From: a virus
Virus record (IMG/VR): IMGVR_UViG_3300027749_000082
Coordinates: 1-64,000 of that record
Strand: one strand, 5' to 3'
DNA length: 64,000 nt
The translations under genes were made by a program, and so were the position numbers. The notes under the pieces are model-generated. The model searched no databases, was not told where the DNA came from, and saw nothing but the letters and a program-made list of their open reading frames with translations. This document shows positions 1 to 9,385 of this stretch, piece by piece (the stretch's first letter is position 1; every line of letters starts with the position of its first letter).

Positions 1-2
1 TT

Positions 3-215
3 TTTAAAGATCCTGAATTTCAACAAGCTGTAAGTGATAGGCAGTCAAAACCATATAAATTAGAATATAATGGTGAAATATATGTCTTTAAAAATACACG
101 AGAAGCAGTTAAGGTATTTGGTAATGCTGGTCAATCAGTTAAAGCAATAGGTATAAAGAAGCATAATCCATTTAAAGGCTTAAAATTTCTCGGTTATGTA
201 AGTACACTCCCTTAG
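3..215 (+). CDS. 3' end of a probable homing endonuclease (NUMOD1-like helix-turn-helix tail), truncated by the window edge
   Basis: Frame 3 is open from the edge to TAG 213-215: FKDPEFQQAVSDRQSKPYKLEYNGEIYVFKNTREAVKVFG...FKGLKFLGY. The 'F.NTREA...FG' pattern resembles NUMOD1 tails of GIY-YIG/HNH phage endonucleases. Confidence 0.5.
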   Translation, partial: FKDPEFQQAVSDRQSKPYKLEYNGEIYVFKNTREAVKVFGNAGQSVKAIGIKKHNPFKGLKFLGYVSTLP

Positions 216-374
216 GAGATAGTTAGTATATTAATGAGAGCCTTAACGCTCTCGTTGTTGAATAGTTATTTTAATACCTTTTATACAATGTTTAAATATT
301 ACTAGATACAAAGATTCCATCAAGTACCTTCAACAGGAAAAAATTGATAAAATTTATGAATCTAAAAACTGCAC

Positions 375-1472
375 TTACATTCCGTAACTTCTAATTTCAG
401 CTAATTGCTTATCAGTTTTTGGTTTAAATTTATCTTTAAAGCTTACTGATTCAACAATAGGCTTTGGAGATGAATAAACCTTTTGTTCTGACATGTAAGA
501 AATTATGCTAAAGTTATCAACAGATTCGCCAAGAGTTTCTTTATCGGCGGGTTGATTTCTTTTATATATAATTCTAGGTTTTTTACCTGTTGCATCTGCT
601 ATAGAATTAGCAAGTATATCAGCAAGAGATTCAATACTTTCTTCTTCATCTTCTCTATAATCTTCTGCTTCTTCCTCACTTTGTAATGATGTACTTTTTG
701 CAGATGAATTTTGCTGTGTAGTAATTGCTTTTAAAGCAGCTGATAAATGTAGAGCTATTTCCCCATACTCTTCTATTTTAAATATTCTTGCAATAAACGC
801 CTTAAGTTGATCTACCGTAGTAATATGCTTTTCAACATATTGTCTTACATTATTAATAGCTTTTAGTATTTTAGAATTATCATATTTATCTCTATCAGAT
901 TCTAATACTTCATCTGTAAATAAATCTAATACATGTTCTACAGCAACTTGTATTTGACCTGATCCTGCTAATTCTAAACCTTCTGCTAACCCAGAATCAA
1001 TAACATCAAGAGCACTAGCTACATCATGACTACCAGCTTTCATTGCAGCTTTTTTAGCCCCTTTTAATTCTGCTTCTAATTTGTTAGCTTCATAACGTTG
1101 ACGTGCGTCATCCGTTCTATTACCTGTCGTAAAGCTAATTTTATTTTCTAAATGATCTTTAATATAGCTCTGAATATCTTCTTTACGATTCTTAATTTGT
1201 CTAGCTATTCCGTTTACTTCAAAGTATTCAACCATTCTACTTACAGAAGGATCATTTTTAAATAAACGAATAACACTATCATCAATAATATCCAAATCAT
1301 AAAGAATAGTTAACATTGCTAAACGACCTTCACGGGTACCCGAAGAAGCTCCTGTCGATGCTGCTAAACTTCTTGCCTGCTTTTGAAACCCAGGTAATAT
1401 TCTTTCCATCGGTGAAGGCGCTGCTTCATTTAAGTATGTTAATCTTGAAAGTAGATTTGCAAAGGAACTCAT
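375..1472 (-). CDS. hypothetical late protein, possibly head-internal
   Basis: 365-aa ORF with TATAAATA 6 nt upstream of the ATG, an acidic EEEAEDYREDEEE patch and an N-terminal YLNE motif. Confidence 0.55.
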   Translation of the reverse strand: MSSFANLLSRLTYLNEAAPSPMERILPGFQKQARSLAASTGASSGTREGRLAMLTILYDLDIIDDSVIRLFKNDPSVSRMVEYFEVNGIARQIKNRKEDIQSYIKDHLENKISFTTGNRTDDARQRYEANKLEAELKGAKKAAMKAGSHDVASALDVIDSGLAEGLELAGSGQIQVAVEHVLDLFTDEVLESDRDKYDNSKILKAINNVRQYVEKHITTVDQLKAFIARIFKIEEYGEIALHLSAALKAITTQQNSSAKSTSLQSEEEAEDYREDEEESIESLADILANSIADATGKKPRIIYKRNQPADKETLGESVDNFSIISYMSEQKVYSSPKPIVESVSFKDKFKPKTDKQLAEIRSYGM

Positions 1473-1478
1473 ATAATA

Positions 1479-1486
1479 TATTTATA
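1479..1486 (-). promoter_or_regulatory. T4-type late promoter TATAAATA
   Basis: Exact TATAAATA on the minus strand, 6 nt before ATG 1472. Confidence 0.7.
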
Positions 1487-1490
1487 TAAG

Positions 1491-1808
1491 ATGCAATTAA
1501 ATTGGGAAAATTTTAACGAAATGTCTTTTACGGGTATATGTAAGCTACCCGGTATAGGTAAAAAGGTAGCAGAACGTATTGTAGCGATGCAACCTTTCCG
1601 ATCAAATAATGATCTTTTTAAAATAAAAGGTCTCGGCTCTAATACATTAAAAAATTTAGGTATCGAAAAGGAAAAAAAAGAACGTAAATCATGGTATCTA
1701 ATGCCTGATGGTATTGAATATCCTAATTACGCCTTAGCTCGCAATAATTTAACAGGACAAATTGATTTCTTCTGGAGAATGCCAAGAGAGAGACGAGAAT
1801 ATCTATAA
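1491..1808 (+). CDS. ComEA-like tandem helix-hairpin-helix DNA-binding protein
   Basis: Two HhH motifs, LPGIGKKVA and IKGLGSNTL, linked by PFRSNNDL as in ComEA. Confidence 0.8.
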   Translation: MQLNWENFNEMSFTGICKLPGIGKKVAERIVAMQPFRSNNDLFKIKGLGSNTLKNLGIEKEKKERKSWYLMPDGIEYPNYALARNNLTGQIDFFWRMPRERREYL

Positions 1809-1812
1809 CAAT

Positions 1813-2481
1813 ATGTGCGCAATCATAGGATCTAATAATGTATCAAAATTTGAAGTATTATATGAAGGTAATTTACCTCGCGGTAATTTTGCTTCTGGAG
1901 TTATCTGTCTGTATAATGATAGCGAGCAGCAAGTTATTAAAAAACAAGGCACGCTTGATTTTAATCAAGTAGAGCTAGATAGTCGCTGCGATTACTATAT
2001 TGGTCATGTACAGGCTCCTACTTCTGCAGCTCGTAAATGGGAATATGATACATCACATCCCTTTGAATCCCTCTCGTGGTCCGTTGTACATAATGGTGTA
2101 TTAACAAATCATAAACAATTAAAAGAAAAATATACACCTTGGGATGTAAACGAAGTTGATACTTCCGTCATTCCTAATTTATTCCAGCACTTTATGGAGG
2201 AGTGTAACGAGGAGTGCCCTGCTCCTAAAATTATTAAGCAAGCCCTTAAAGAGCTTGAAGGTACTTTTGCTTTATGTATAGTAGATACAGACTCTAATGA
2301 TGTATATATAGCAAGACAAGGCTCTGTACTACACTATAATAATAGCGGCGATGTATCGACACTCGGTGGTGATGGTTTTAAGATGTTACCTGAAGGTGTT
2401 ATTATGATGCTACAGTCTAATCATAGTAAGTGGGAAATTGCTGATACATTCGAAACTAACTCTCCATTTTTATTTTTATGA
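1813..2481 (+). CDS. class II (Ntn) glutamine amidotransferase
   Basis: Start at MCAIIG places the catalytic Cys at position 2. Motifs GHVQAPT, SHPF, VVHNGVL, VDTSVI and LEGTFA are present. Confidence 0.85.
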   Translation: MCAIIGSNNVSKFEVLYEGNLPRGNFASGVICLYNDSEQQVIKKQGTLDFNQVELDSRCDYYIGHVQAPTSAARKWEYDTSHPFESLSWSVVHNGVLTNHKQLKEKYTPWDVNEVDTSVIPNLFQHFMEECNEECPAPKIIKQALKELEGTFALCIVDTDSNDVYIARQGSVLHYNNSGDVSTLGGDGFKMLPEGVIMMLQSNHSKWEIADTFETNSPFLFL

Positions 2482-3137
2482 AAAACACATTTTACTTTAC
2501 AGCAACAAAAGGCAAAAAGCAAGATACACTTTTATATAGTGATCGCTCTATGCGTAAGAAATTTTTCTTTAAAGAAAATAATACACAACCTTTACCAGTT
2601 GTTTATAACAAAGCTATTGACTTTGCAATACAAGAAGAAGTAGATTATTTAATACTTTGTCATGATGATATTATTATTGAATCTGACCTAGCTTATAAAT
2701 TACCTACACTATTTAAACAGTTTGACTTAATTGGTGTAGCAGGTACAACAGAGTGTAAGTTAGAAGAGCCAGCATTGTGGCATTTAATGGGTGGTGGTTT
2801 CGGTGGAGGAAAGCTTCATGGTGCTGTAGCACATGGTAACGAAAAACAAAAATCAATGACTGCTTTTGGTCCTTACCCTCAACGAGTTGTTTTAATTGAT
2901 GGTGTGTTTATGGCAATGAGTCGTAAAGTATTTGAAAAAGTTAGATTTGATGAATCAAATCCAGCAGGGTTTCATCATTACGATTTAGATTTTTCGTTAT
3001 CCTGTCATAAGGAAAAATTAAAGGTAGGTGTATCAGATGTTATGATTACTCATAATTCACCTGGACTTAGAGAATTTACACCAGAATTCAATGAAGGCCA
3101 AAAATGGTTCTTAAACAAGTGGCAAGGCAAACTGTGA
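2478..3137 (+). CDS. GT-A fold glycosyltransferase (GT2-like)
   Basis: Motifs YNKAI, LCHDDII, LIGVAG, IDGVFMA, FDE and FHHYDLDFS. Confidence 0.8.
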   Translation: MKNTFYFTATKGKKQDTLLYSDRSMRKKFFFKENNTQPLPVVYNKAIDFAIQEEVDYLILCHDDIIIESDLAYKLPTLFKQFDLIGVAGTTECKLEEPALWHLMGGGFGGGKLHGAVAHGNEKQKSMTAFGPYPQRVVLIDGVFMAMSRKVFEKVRFDESNPAGFHHYDLDFSLSCHKEKLKVGVSDVMITHNSPGLREFTPEFNEGQKWFLNKWQGKL

Positions 3138-3165
3138 TTGAACTTAAAAGGAACTATCTTAGTAT
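3138..3165 (+). promoter_or_regulatory. sigma70-like promoter TTGAAC-N16-TAGTAT with internal GGAACT box
   Basis: Ends 6 nt before GTG 3172. The same 16-nt spacing recurs at several other sites. Confidence 0.5.
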
Positions 3166-3171
3166 AATATT

Positions 3172-4488
3172 GTGAGTAACCTTGACCTTGATTATTTTGA
3201 GAAAATTTTATGTTATCGATCTCTTTGCGACTCTACTTATTTAGCGTCTATTGTTGATTATATTAAACCTAATTACTTTAAGTCTAAAAATATTGCAAAA
3301 ATATTTGAGATTATTAATGAGTTTTATACTAAACGTGAAAAGTTACCAACTCTCACTGAGGTTAAATCATACCTAACTACTGATGAACATAAAGAATCAT
3401 TTAAACAGCTTGTAGAGTCATTTAAAGATATTGATAAAAATATCGATAAAGATGAATTGTATGATAATACGGAGAGATTTATTAAAGAAAAGTCCGTTTA
3501 TCATACAATGCTTGAAGTAGCTAGTGATATTTCAAAGGGGACTGTTGATACCTCAGAGATCCTTAATAAATTTGAAACATCGTGCAATATTAATCTCGTA
3601 ACTGATAAGGGTTTTGATTTATATAAGGATATTGATGTTCTTGTTGAGGATTTGCTAAGTGTACAAAAATCTATACCTAGTCAATGGGAATGGTTAGATG
3701 ATGCTCTTAATGGTGGGTTTCTTGAAAATGGTAGAGCATTATATGTCTTTGCTGGTGAGACTAATATCGGTAAGTCTATCTTTTTAGGTAATATTGCTAC
3801 TAATATCGCTAATCAAGGTAAGAATATATTACTTATTACTCTTGAAATGTCGGAGTTATTGTACGCGAGACGTATATGTACAAATGTAACTAAGATTCCT
3901 CTTAAAGAGCTTAATATTAATACCCCTTCATTACGACAAGCATTAAAAGAAGAAGAAGCTGCAGGTAAGGGACGTATCTTTATTAAGGAGTTTCCTCCTA
4001 GTACTATTACTCCTAACCAGCTTAAAGCATTTGTTAAGAAGATTGTCGATCAAGGTATTAAGATTGATGCTATTGTACTAGACTATCTTAACTTACTACA
4101 TTCTACTGTTGGTACTAACTCATACGAGCGTATTAAAAACGTAACAGAGCAGGTTCGCGCTATGACATATGTGTTTAACTGTCCTGTTATATCCGCAACA
4201 CAGTTAAATCGATCTGGCTTTAGTGCTGCTAATCCTGACTTAGCTACTATTTCTGAATCTGTAGGTCTAGCTGCTACAGCTGATGTTATTGTATCGATCT
4301 ATCAGAATGAGGAAGATAGAGAGTTAGGTATTATTAGACTAGGTATGATGAAGAATCGTTACGGTCCGAGAGGTCATACCCAAGCTATGAGAATTGATTA
4401 TTCTACTCTAACTATTACACAAGCAGAAGAAAGCGCAAATGAAACGTCAGATAGTTCATATAGCATGCTACAATCGTTCGGAAGTTGA
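3172..4488 (+). CDS. 41: replicative DNA helicase, DnaB family (T4 gp41-like)
   Basis: Walker A AGETNIGKS, ITLEMSE, IKEFPP, VLDYLNL, SATQLNRSG, SESVGLAATAD and KNRYG motifs. Confidence 0.93.
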   Translation: MSNLDLDYFEKILCYRSLCDSTYLASIVDYIKPNYFKSKNIAKIFEIINEFYTKREKLPTLTEVKSYLTTDEHKESFKQLVESFKDIDKNIDKDELYDNTERFIKEKSVYHTMLEVASDISKGTVDTSEILNKFETSCNINLVTDKGFDLYKDIDVLVEDLLSVQKSIPSQWEWLDDALNGGFLENGRALYVFAGETNIGKSIFLGNIATNIANQGKNILLITLEMSELLYARRICTNVTKIPLKELNINTPSLRQALKEEEAAGKGRIFIKEFPPSTITPNQLKAFVKKIVDQGIKIDAIVLDYLNLLHSTVGTNSYERIKNVTEQVRAMTYVFNCPVISATQLNRSGFSAANPDLATISESVGLAATADVIVSIYQNEEDRELGIIRLGMMKNRYGPRGHTQAMRIDYSTLTITQAEESANETSDSSYSMLQSFGS

Positions 4489-4503
4489 TTAAATAGAATA
4501 ATT

Positions 4504-4511
4504 TATAAATA
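4504..4511 (+). promoter_or_regulatory. late promoter TATAAATA
   Basis: Exact motif 6 nt before GTG 4518. Confidence 0.65.
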
Positions 4512-4517
4512 CAAATA

Positions 4518-4934
4518 GTGAAACCAGCTATTTGTATTAACGAAAACGTTAAAGCTTACCGACAGGGTAAGAGAGATTTTAGCGTAAATGAGTTAAATGA
4601 TATTAAATTATATCTTTTAAAGTATAAAGATCAATTAGCTAATACACAATTTTTTGAAGGTACAATAAAAGACTTTAAAGTTGTAAGTTGTTTTGCTGAA
4701 GAATATCATGATGAATTATTTTCCTATATTTTAAATAGTAGTGCTATTGCTATTATTATAAATATACAAACAAAAAGCGTGCTGTTTAAGAAAAATGAAA
4801 AAGTATGTGATATTGATTTACCTAAGTTAGCTAGTTTACTATGTGATAGTGTTGGGCAAGACAAAAATATAGCTGTTGGTAAATTTACTGCCAAATTTTT
4901 AAACTTTACCAAAACATTAAAGCCATGCATTTAA
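4518..4934 (+). CDS. hypothetical protein, possible degenerate DHHA1-like domain
   Basis: The C-terminal pattern (SVLFKK..DIDLPKLA...AVG) recalls DHHA1 but lacks GGGH. Confidence 0.4.
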   Translation: MKPAICINENVKAYRQGKRDFSVNELNDIKLYLLKYKDQLANTQFFEGTIKDFKVVSCFAEEYHDELFSYILNSSAIAIIINIQTKSVLFKKNEKVCDIDLPKLASLLCDSVGQDKNIAVGKFTAKFLNFTKTLKPCI

Positions 4935-5218
4935 CTCCTATTGTAAATCCTTCTCAGAGTATTATAGATAGAGAAAGTGAGCATATTCTTTTATCTTTTT
5001 GTTCATTTTGCACTTTATTAAAGGGTAAAAAACTAAGCTTTCAAAACGTGTTTATACTAGCACTACAAGATGAAAAATTAAGAGTTATATTAAAAGACCT
5101 TTTAGGAGTTGATTCTAATTATGAAATCGTTAAACTGTTTTTGGAGTATGATCCTACGATCACCAAAAGTAAGTATATAACGAAGTATTTGAATAATAAA
5201 AATAGACTATGTCTCTAA
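4925..5218 (+). CDS. hypothetical protein
   Basis: 97-aa ORF overlapping both neighbours in the replication operon. Confidence 0.55.
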   Translation: MHLTPIVNPSQSIIDRESEHILLSFCSFCTLLKGKKLSFQNVFILALQDEKLRVILKDLLGVDSNYEIVKLFLEYDPTITKSKYITKYLNNKNRLCL

Positions 5219-5871
5219 CAGAATTAGAAAAATCGATTTATAACTCATACCTGATTGCGAGCAGGGCTGCAAAAAATAAACCTTTTAAAATTAGGCAAGA
5301 TTTTAAAAAAATAGATGATAAGACATATATTATTCTTAAAAAGCTTGCGCTTCTATTTGAGCATAATAGATCTGTAAATATACAGGACTTTTTTAAAGCG
5401 CCATTTGCGTATTACGATGTTGATTATGTGGATTTGCAATTTTATGCAATGCCTAAAGCAATTAAGTGTTATACAAATTTTAAGAAAAAGCAGAGGTATA
5501 TTTCACCTGATAGTGAGGAAAATATCACAATATGTAAGCAATGTTGTACATTTATTATGCGGTACTGCATTGAAAATAACCTTACACTAAACGAATACAA
5601 AAGTATAAATAGTGGTACAACACCTTTGGTGTTACAGCATCTCCGTGACCATAGCATAAATTTTTATGTTATACACGGACTTGAATGTGATAGAATTATA
5701 AGACAAGTTGAACCAGATCTCTTAGAATTTTTTATTACCGACTTTAACCAAATACTAAACGATACACGGATTAATTTCCAACGTTCAGTAAAATTAAAGG
5801 TAATAGTAAGAGAATCTTTTCGACGAATTGAAGAATATCTGTTGAAAAATAAAAAAAGTGAGATACAATAA
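5209..5871 (+). CDS. probable helicase loader (T4 gp59-like)
   Basis: Basic 220-aa protein directly upstream of gp32, matching the size and position of T4 gene 59. Called mainly on synteny. Confidence 0.5.
   Translation: MSLTELEKSIYNSYLIASRAAKNKPFKIRQDFKKIDDKTYIILKKLALLFEHNRSVNIQDFFKAPFAYYDVDYVDLQFYAMPKAIKCYTNFKKKQRYISPDSEENITICKQCCTFIMRYCIENNLTLNEYKSINSGTTPLVLQHLRDHSINFYVIHGLECDRIIRQVEPDLLEFFITDFNQILNDTRINFQRSVKLKVIVRESFRRIEEYLLKNKKSEIQ
5842..5869 (+). promoter_or_regulatory. sigma70-like promoter TTGAAA-N16-TACAAT for the SSB gene
   Basis: Near-consensus hexamers upstream of an A-rich leader. Confidence 0.6.
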
Positions 5872-5908
5872 AATATAACCAAAAATAAACTAAACTAAAA
5901 ATAAAATT

Positions 5909-6766
5909 ATGAGTTCATTCAATACATCAATGTTTCAGTCCATTAAGGACGCCCTAGTCAAAAATGAAGGTGAAGGTAGCAACGCTACTTACAACGAAAT
6001 TATGAAGACGTCGCCAGGTAATACCTATACTATTAGGTTGTTGCCTTTCGCTAAAGATCCGAAGAATACATTTTTCCATTATTACAATCATGGTTGGCCG
6101 TCATTTGCGACTGGTCAATATGTACAAACGCTCTCACCTATGACGTTTGGTGAGCGTGATCCTATCGCTGAAGAACGCTTTAAGATTCTCCGTACAGGTA
6201 CTGAAGATGATAAGGAAAAGGTTAAAGCAATTAAACGTATCGAGAAGTATCTTGTTAACGTTTATGTTGTTGACGATTCGCAAAATCCAGATAATAACGG
6301 TAAGGTTAAAATCCTTCGTTACGGTAAACAGCTTCATAAGATTATTATGGAAGCTATTGAAGGTGAAGATTCAGAAGAGTTTGGTCCACGTATTTTCGAT
6401 CTTGGATCTACAGGAGTTAACTTCAAGGTTAAGTGTGAGAATCAAGGAGAGTTTCCAACTTACGTCTCGTCGAGATTTACTTCTGCAGGTAAGCTAGCTC
6501 TTAGTGAAGATGAGCAAAAGAAGATTTACGATAGTACGTTTGATCTTACCAAGGTCTTTACTCTTAAATCTTATGATGAACTTAAGCAAATGCTTGATGA
6601 GCATTACTACTGTAAATCAGCAGATGAAGTAGCTGCACCTGAAGTTCAGTCTTATGCTAAGACTACACCTATTAAAGAAGAAGCTTCACTGTTTAAAGCA
6701 TCACCATCTCAATATCAAGATAATTCTATTGACGATGAAATCGATGAACTCCTTAAGGACCTGTAA
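5909..6766 (+). CDS. 32: single-stranded DNA-binding protein (T4 gp32-like)
   Basis: IRLLP, HYYNHGW, YLVNVYVVDD..NPDNNGKVKILRYGKQL, IFDL..G.NFKVK and an acidic tail DDEIDELLKDL. Confidence 0.9.
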   Translation: MSSFNTSMFQSIKDALVKNEGEGSNATYNEIMKTSPGNTYTIRLLPFAKDPKNTFFHYYNHGWPSFATGQYVQTLSPMTFGERDPIAEERFKILRTGTEDDKEKVKAIKRIEKYLVNVYVVDDSQNPDNNGKVKILRYGKQLHKIIMEAIEGEDSEEFGPRIFDLGSTGVNFKVKCENQGEFPTYVSSRFTSAGKLALSEDEQKKIYDSTFDLTKVFTLKSYDELKQMLDEHYYCKSADEVAAPEVQSYAKTTPIKEEASLFKASPSQYQDNSIDDEIDELLKDL

Positions 6767-6769
6767 TAT

Positions 6770-7231
6770 ATGACAGAATCAGAACGACAAGCATTTCTTA
6801 TGTTTGCAGGTACAATGCATGGTCACGCAAAAGCGACCGATCAAATGATTGTTGGTCAGTCAGTTAACTTAAGACCAATGAGTACTGATATTCAGAATAC
6901 ATTTGCGCAAGTATTGCAAACACCTCCACAGCAAAATCCATATATTCAACAGGAACAATCTGATGATTATAATCCGTACGCACAACGAGAACAAGCAGAA
7001 CCTATTGTATATCAACAACCACCACCAGATAACTTTGTTGGAGTTGAACAAGCAATTCAGGAGTTAGCTGAGATTCAACCAGTACAAACACTTAAAGCTC
7101 AACCTACAGTAGCAGTTAATACTGATATTGTTGATGTTCTTAAGGAAATTAACTTGAATTTAGCTAAGATAGCGACTACACTTGAAAAATATGGCAGAGA
7201 AAAGAGAGCTAAAGTTACAAAATCGGCCTGA
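6770..7231 (+). CDS. hypothetical Gln/Pro-rich protein with C-terminal coiled coil
   Basis: 153-aa ORF between gp32 and the clamp. Confidence 0.6.
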   Translation: MTESERQAFLMFAGTMHGHAKATDQMIVGQSVNLRPMSTDIQNTFAQVLQTPPQQNPYIQQEQSDDYNPYAQREQAEPIVYQQPPPDNFVGVEQAIQELAEIQPVQTLKAQPTVAVNTDIVDVLKEINLNLAKIATTLEKYGREKRAKVTKSA

Positions 7232-7925
7232 ATTTGTAAAGTTTCTAGATGCGATATCGAAAATCAACGAGTCAGCGATAGTAAACGTACAGGAAACACC
7301 TGGCTTACTATCCTGTCTCGTCTCTTCCGCAGATAATACTCTTATTTTATCTGCGGAGTTAAATTCGGTTGATACTAATTTTAGTGGTACTAATAATATC
7401 CCTGATATTAAAAAACTTATACGAGTTGTTGATAGTTTAAACATAAAAGATATGACTCTAACTGTTAACTCTAATAACTACGAGTATAAAGGTAATAGTG
7501 TAAAGTTTAAATACCATCTATATGAAGATGGTCTTTTAGCTAAACCAACTATTAATATTGAAAAGATTAAAAGCTTTAAATATGATATTAGTTTTAGCCT
7601 AACAAAAGATATCTTACAATCTATTATTAAAGGTAGTACATTTGCTACTGAGACTAATAAGGTTTATTTGTTTACTGAAGATGGTTATTTAAAAGCTGAA
7701 CTTACAGATAGAGCTCGACATAATACAGATGCATTATGCTTAGATCTTGGTAAAGTTGACTTTGAAATTAAGCCAATTCCATTAAATCTTGATAATATTA
7801 AACTACTATCAACAATTGATAATGTAATTAATGTTGGTATTAATACAGATTATGGTGTGTGTGTATTTGATATTCAAACTAGTAGCATTAAATTAAAGTA
7901 TATCGTAACTTCCTTAACACAATGA
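7191..7925 (+). CDS. 45: DNA polymerase sliding clamp (T4 gp45-like)
   Basis: About 245 aa with a two-domain beta pattern (FLDAISKINESAIV, NIPDIKKLI, KFKYHL, KLKYIVT) inside the replisome cluster. Confidence 0.7.
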   Translation: MAEKRELKLQNRPEFVKFLDAISKINESAIVNVQETPGLLSCLVSSADNTLILSAELNSVDTNFSGTNNIPDIKKLIRVVDSLNIKDMTLTVNSNNYEYKGNSVKFKYHLYEDGLLAKPTINIEKIKSFKYDISFSLTKDILQSIIKGSTFATETNKVYLFTEDGYLKAELTDRARHNTDALCLDLGKVDFEIKPIPLNLDNIKLLSTIDNVINVGINTDYGVCVFDIQTSSIKLKYIVTSLTQ

Positions 7926-8266
7926 ATCCAGTAAAAAATAAAATCACTACATTATCATACTTTATTAAACGTTTAAAAGATTGTAAGTTTAATACATGGA
8001 AACTTGTATCTAATTACTCTCTAGCTGATCCAAGAAAGTGGACTATTATGGTCGATCCTGGAAATGTTTCTCTCTTCATAACTTGTTATGAAAATAAAGA
8101 CTTTAAGGGTGAGATGATGTTTGAATTTAACGATGGTGGGAGGGCTTTTCCGAGAAATTACTCCATTAAAACATCATCAATGGAAGTGATTGTAACAGTA
8201 TTACTTGAAAGAGGTGTACCGCAAGTTACTGAAGAAGAGCTCGCCGAAATTTACGCAGTTCAATAA
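7922..8266 (+). CDS. hypothetical protein
   Basis: 114-aa translationally coupled ORF. Confidence 0.6.
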   Translation: MNPVKNKITTLSYFIKRLKDCKFNTWKLVSNYSLADPRKWTIMVDPGNVSLFITCYENKDFKGEMMFEFNDGGRAFPRNYSIKTSSMEVIVTVLLERGVPQVTEEELAEIYAVQ

Positions 8267-8571
8267 TGAGTAAGCAGCATATTCCTACTCCTGGTAATAC
8301 ATATGCTGTACATAATGGGGCATATGCAGGTGAAATGTTAATTTATACAGGTAAAGGTAAGTATAATTATAATTTTCTTGCAGTGCCCACTATGTTAAAT
8401 CGTTCTGTACCGGTAAATTCCTTCGAATTAGCATGGAACACTGATATAATTAAGTATGTGGAGAAGGTTCCTGATCACGTTGTAGATATTACACGAGAAC
8501 AATATAAGAAAAATGAAGAGCTTAATTATAGATTCAAACAATCTGATTCATCGAACTTTCTGGACAGCTAA
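8266..8571 (+). CDS. hypothetical protein
   Basis: 101-aa ORF coupled through a TAATG overlap. Confidence 0.55.
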   Translation: MSKQHIPTPGNTYAVHNGAYAGEMLIYTGKGKYNYNFLAVPTMLNRSVPVNSFELAWNTDIIKYVEKVPDHVVDITREQYKKNEELNYRFKQSDSSNFLDS

Positions 8572-9385
8572 GACTATTGTAGGTTTGGAAGACCCTGTAA
8601 AGTTAAGTAACTTTCATATTTACTTTACACTTAACGCAATTAAGAGTTATGTCAACACTTATAAACCTGATAAGATCATCGCCTGTTGGGATGAGAAACC
8701 TGATTATCAACGTAATGAACGGAAAGATTTTTTCTCAGATTATAAAGGTAATAGGTCTAGTGATACCACGCCGCATCAAAATAACGAAAAGATCAAAGAA
8801 TTTCTTTATACCTTAGGTATACCATCAATCTTTCCAAGAAAACTGGAAGCTGATGATGTTATTGCGTATTTAACGGAATCCCTTGAAGGGTCTAAGGTGA
8901 TTATATCTGTAGATAAGGATTTTCTACAATTAATCAATAAAAATGTAATTGTTTATGACCCGATTCGTAAGAAAGAAACAAATACAGATAACTTTGTTGT
9001 AAATGTAGATTGTGAGCAGATTAACTTCATGACTATTAAGTGTTTAGTTGGAGATAAGTCAGATAATGTTCCGGGTATACCTAAATTTGGTAAAGTTAAG
9101 GTTAAGAAGTATCTTGAAGGTAATATTATCTTAACTGAAGAAGAACAATCGATTTATTCACGTAATCTAGAACTTTTTCGTTTAGATAAATATAGATCTA
9201 TTGAAAATCGTGATGAGTTGATGTATTATCAAGAGCAAATACCAGCAGCTATGAATTGTGAACCAGATTTTCAGCAATTTATTGATTTATGTAAAGAACA
9301 CGATATTAACTCTATTCTTAATAAGAAAGAAGACTGGTATAACTTGTTTTTTGTTAAGCATCGTCTACTATCAATGTTTGCATGA
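8513..9385 (+). CDS. rnh: 5'-3' exonuclease / T4 RNase H family
   Basis: LIIDSNNLIHR, WD, YKGNR, LEADDVIA, ISVDKDFLQL and GDKSDNVPGI motifs. Confidence 0.92.
   Translation: MKSLIIDSNNLIHRTFWTAKTIVGLEDPVKLSNFHIYFTLNAIKSYVNTYKPDKIIACWDEKPDYQRNERKDFFSDYKGNRSSDTTPHQNNEKIKEFLYTLGIPSIFPRKLEADDVIAYLTESLEGSKVIISVDKDFLQLINKNVIVYDPIRKKETNTDNFVVNVDCEQINFMTIKCLVGDKSDNVPGIPKFGKVKVKKYLEGNIILTEEEQSIYSRNLELFRLDKYRSIENRDELMYYQEQIPAAMNCEPDFQQFIDLCKEHDINSILNKKEDWYNLFFVKHRLLSMFA

Noticed and set aside
207-306. Group I intron 3' end
   Set aside because: Hairpins are present, but there is no convincing P7/S element, and the 5' part lies outside the window. Kept only as a possibility in the findings.
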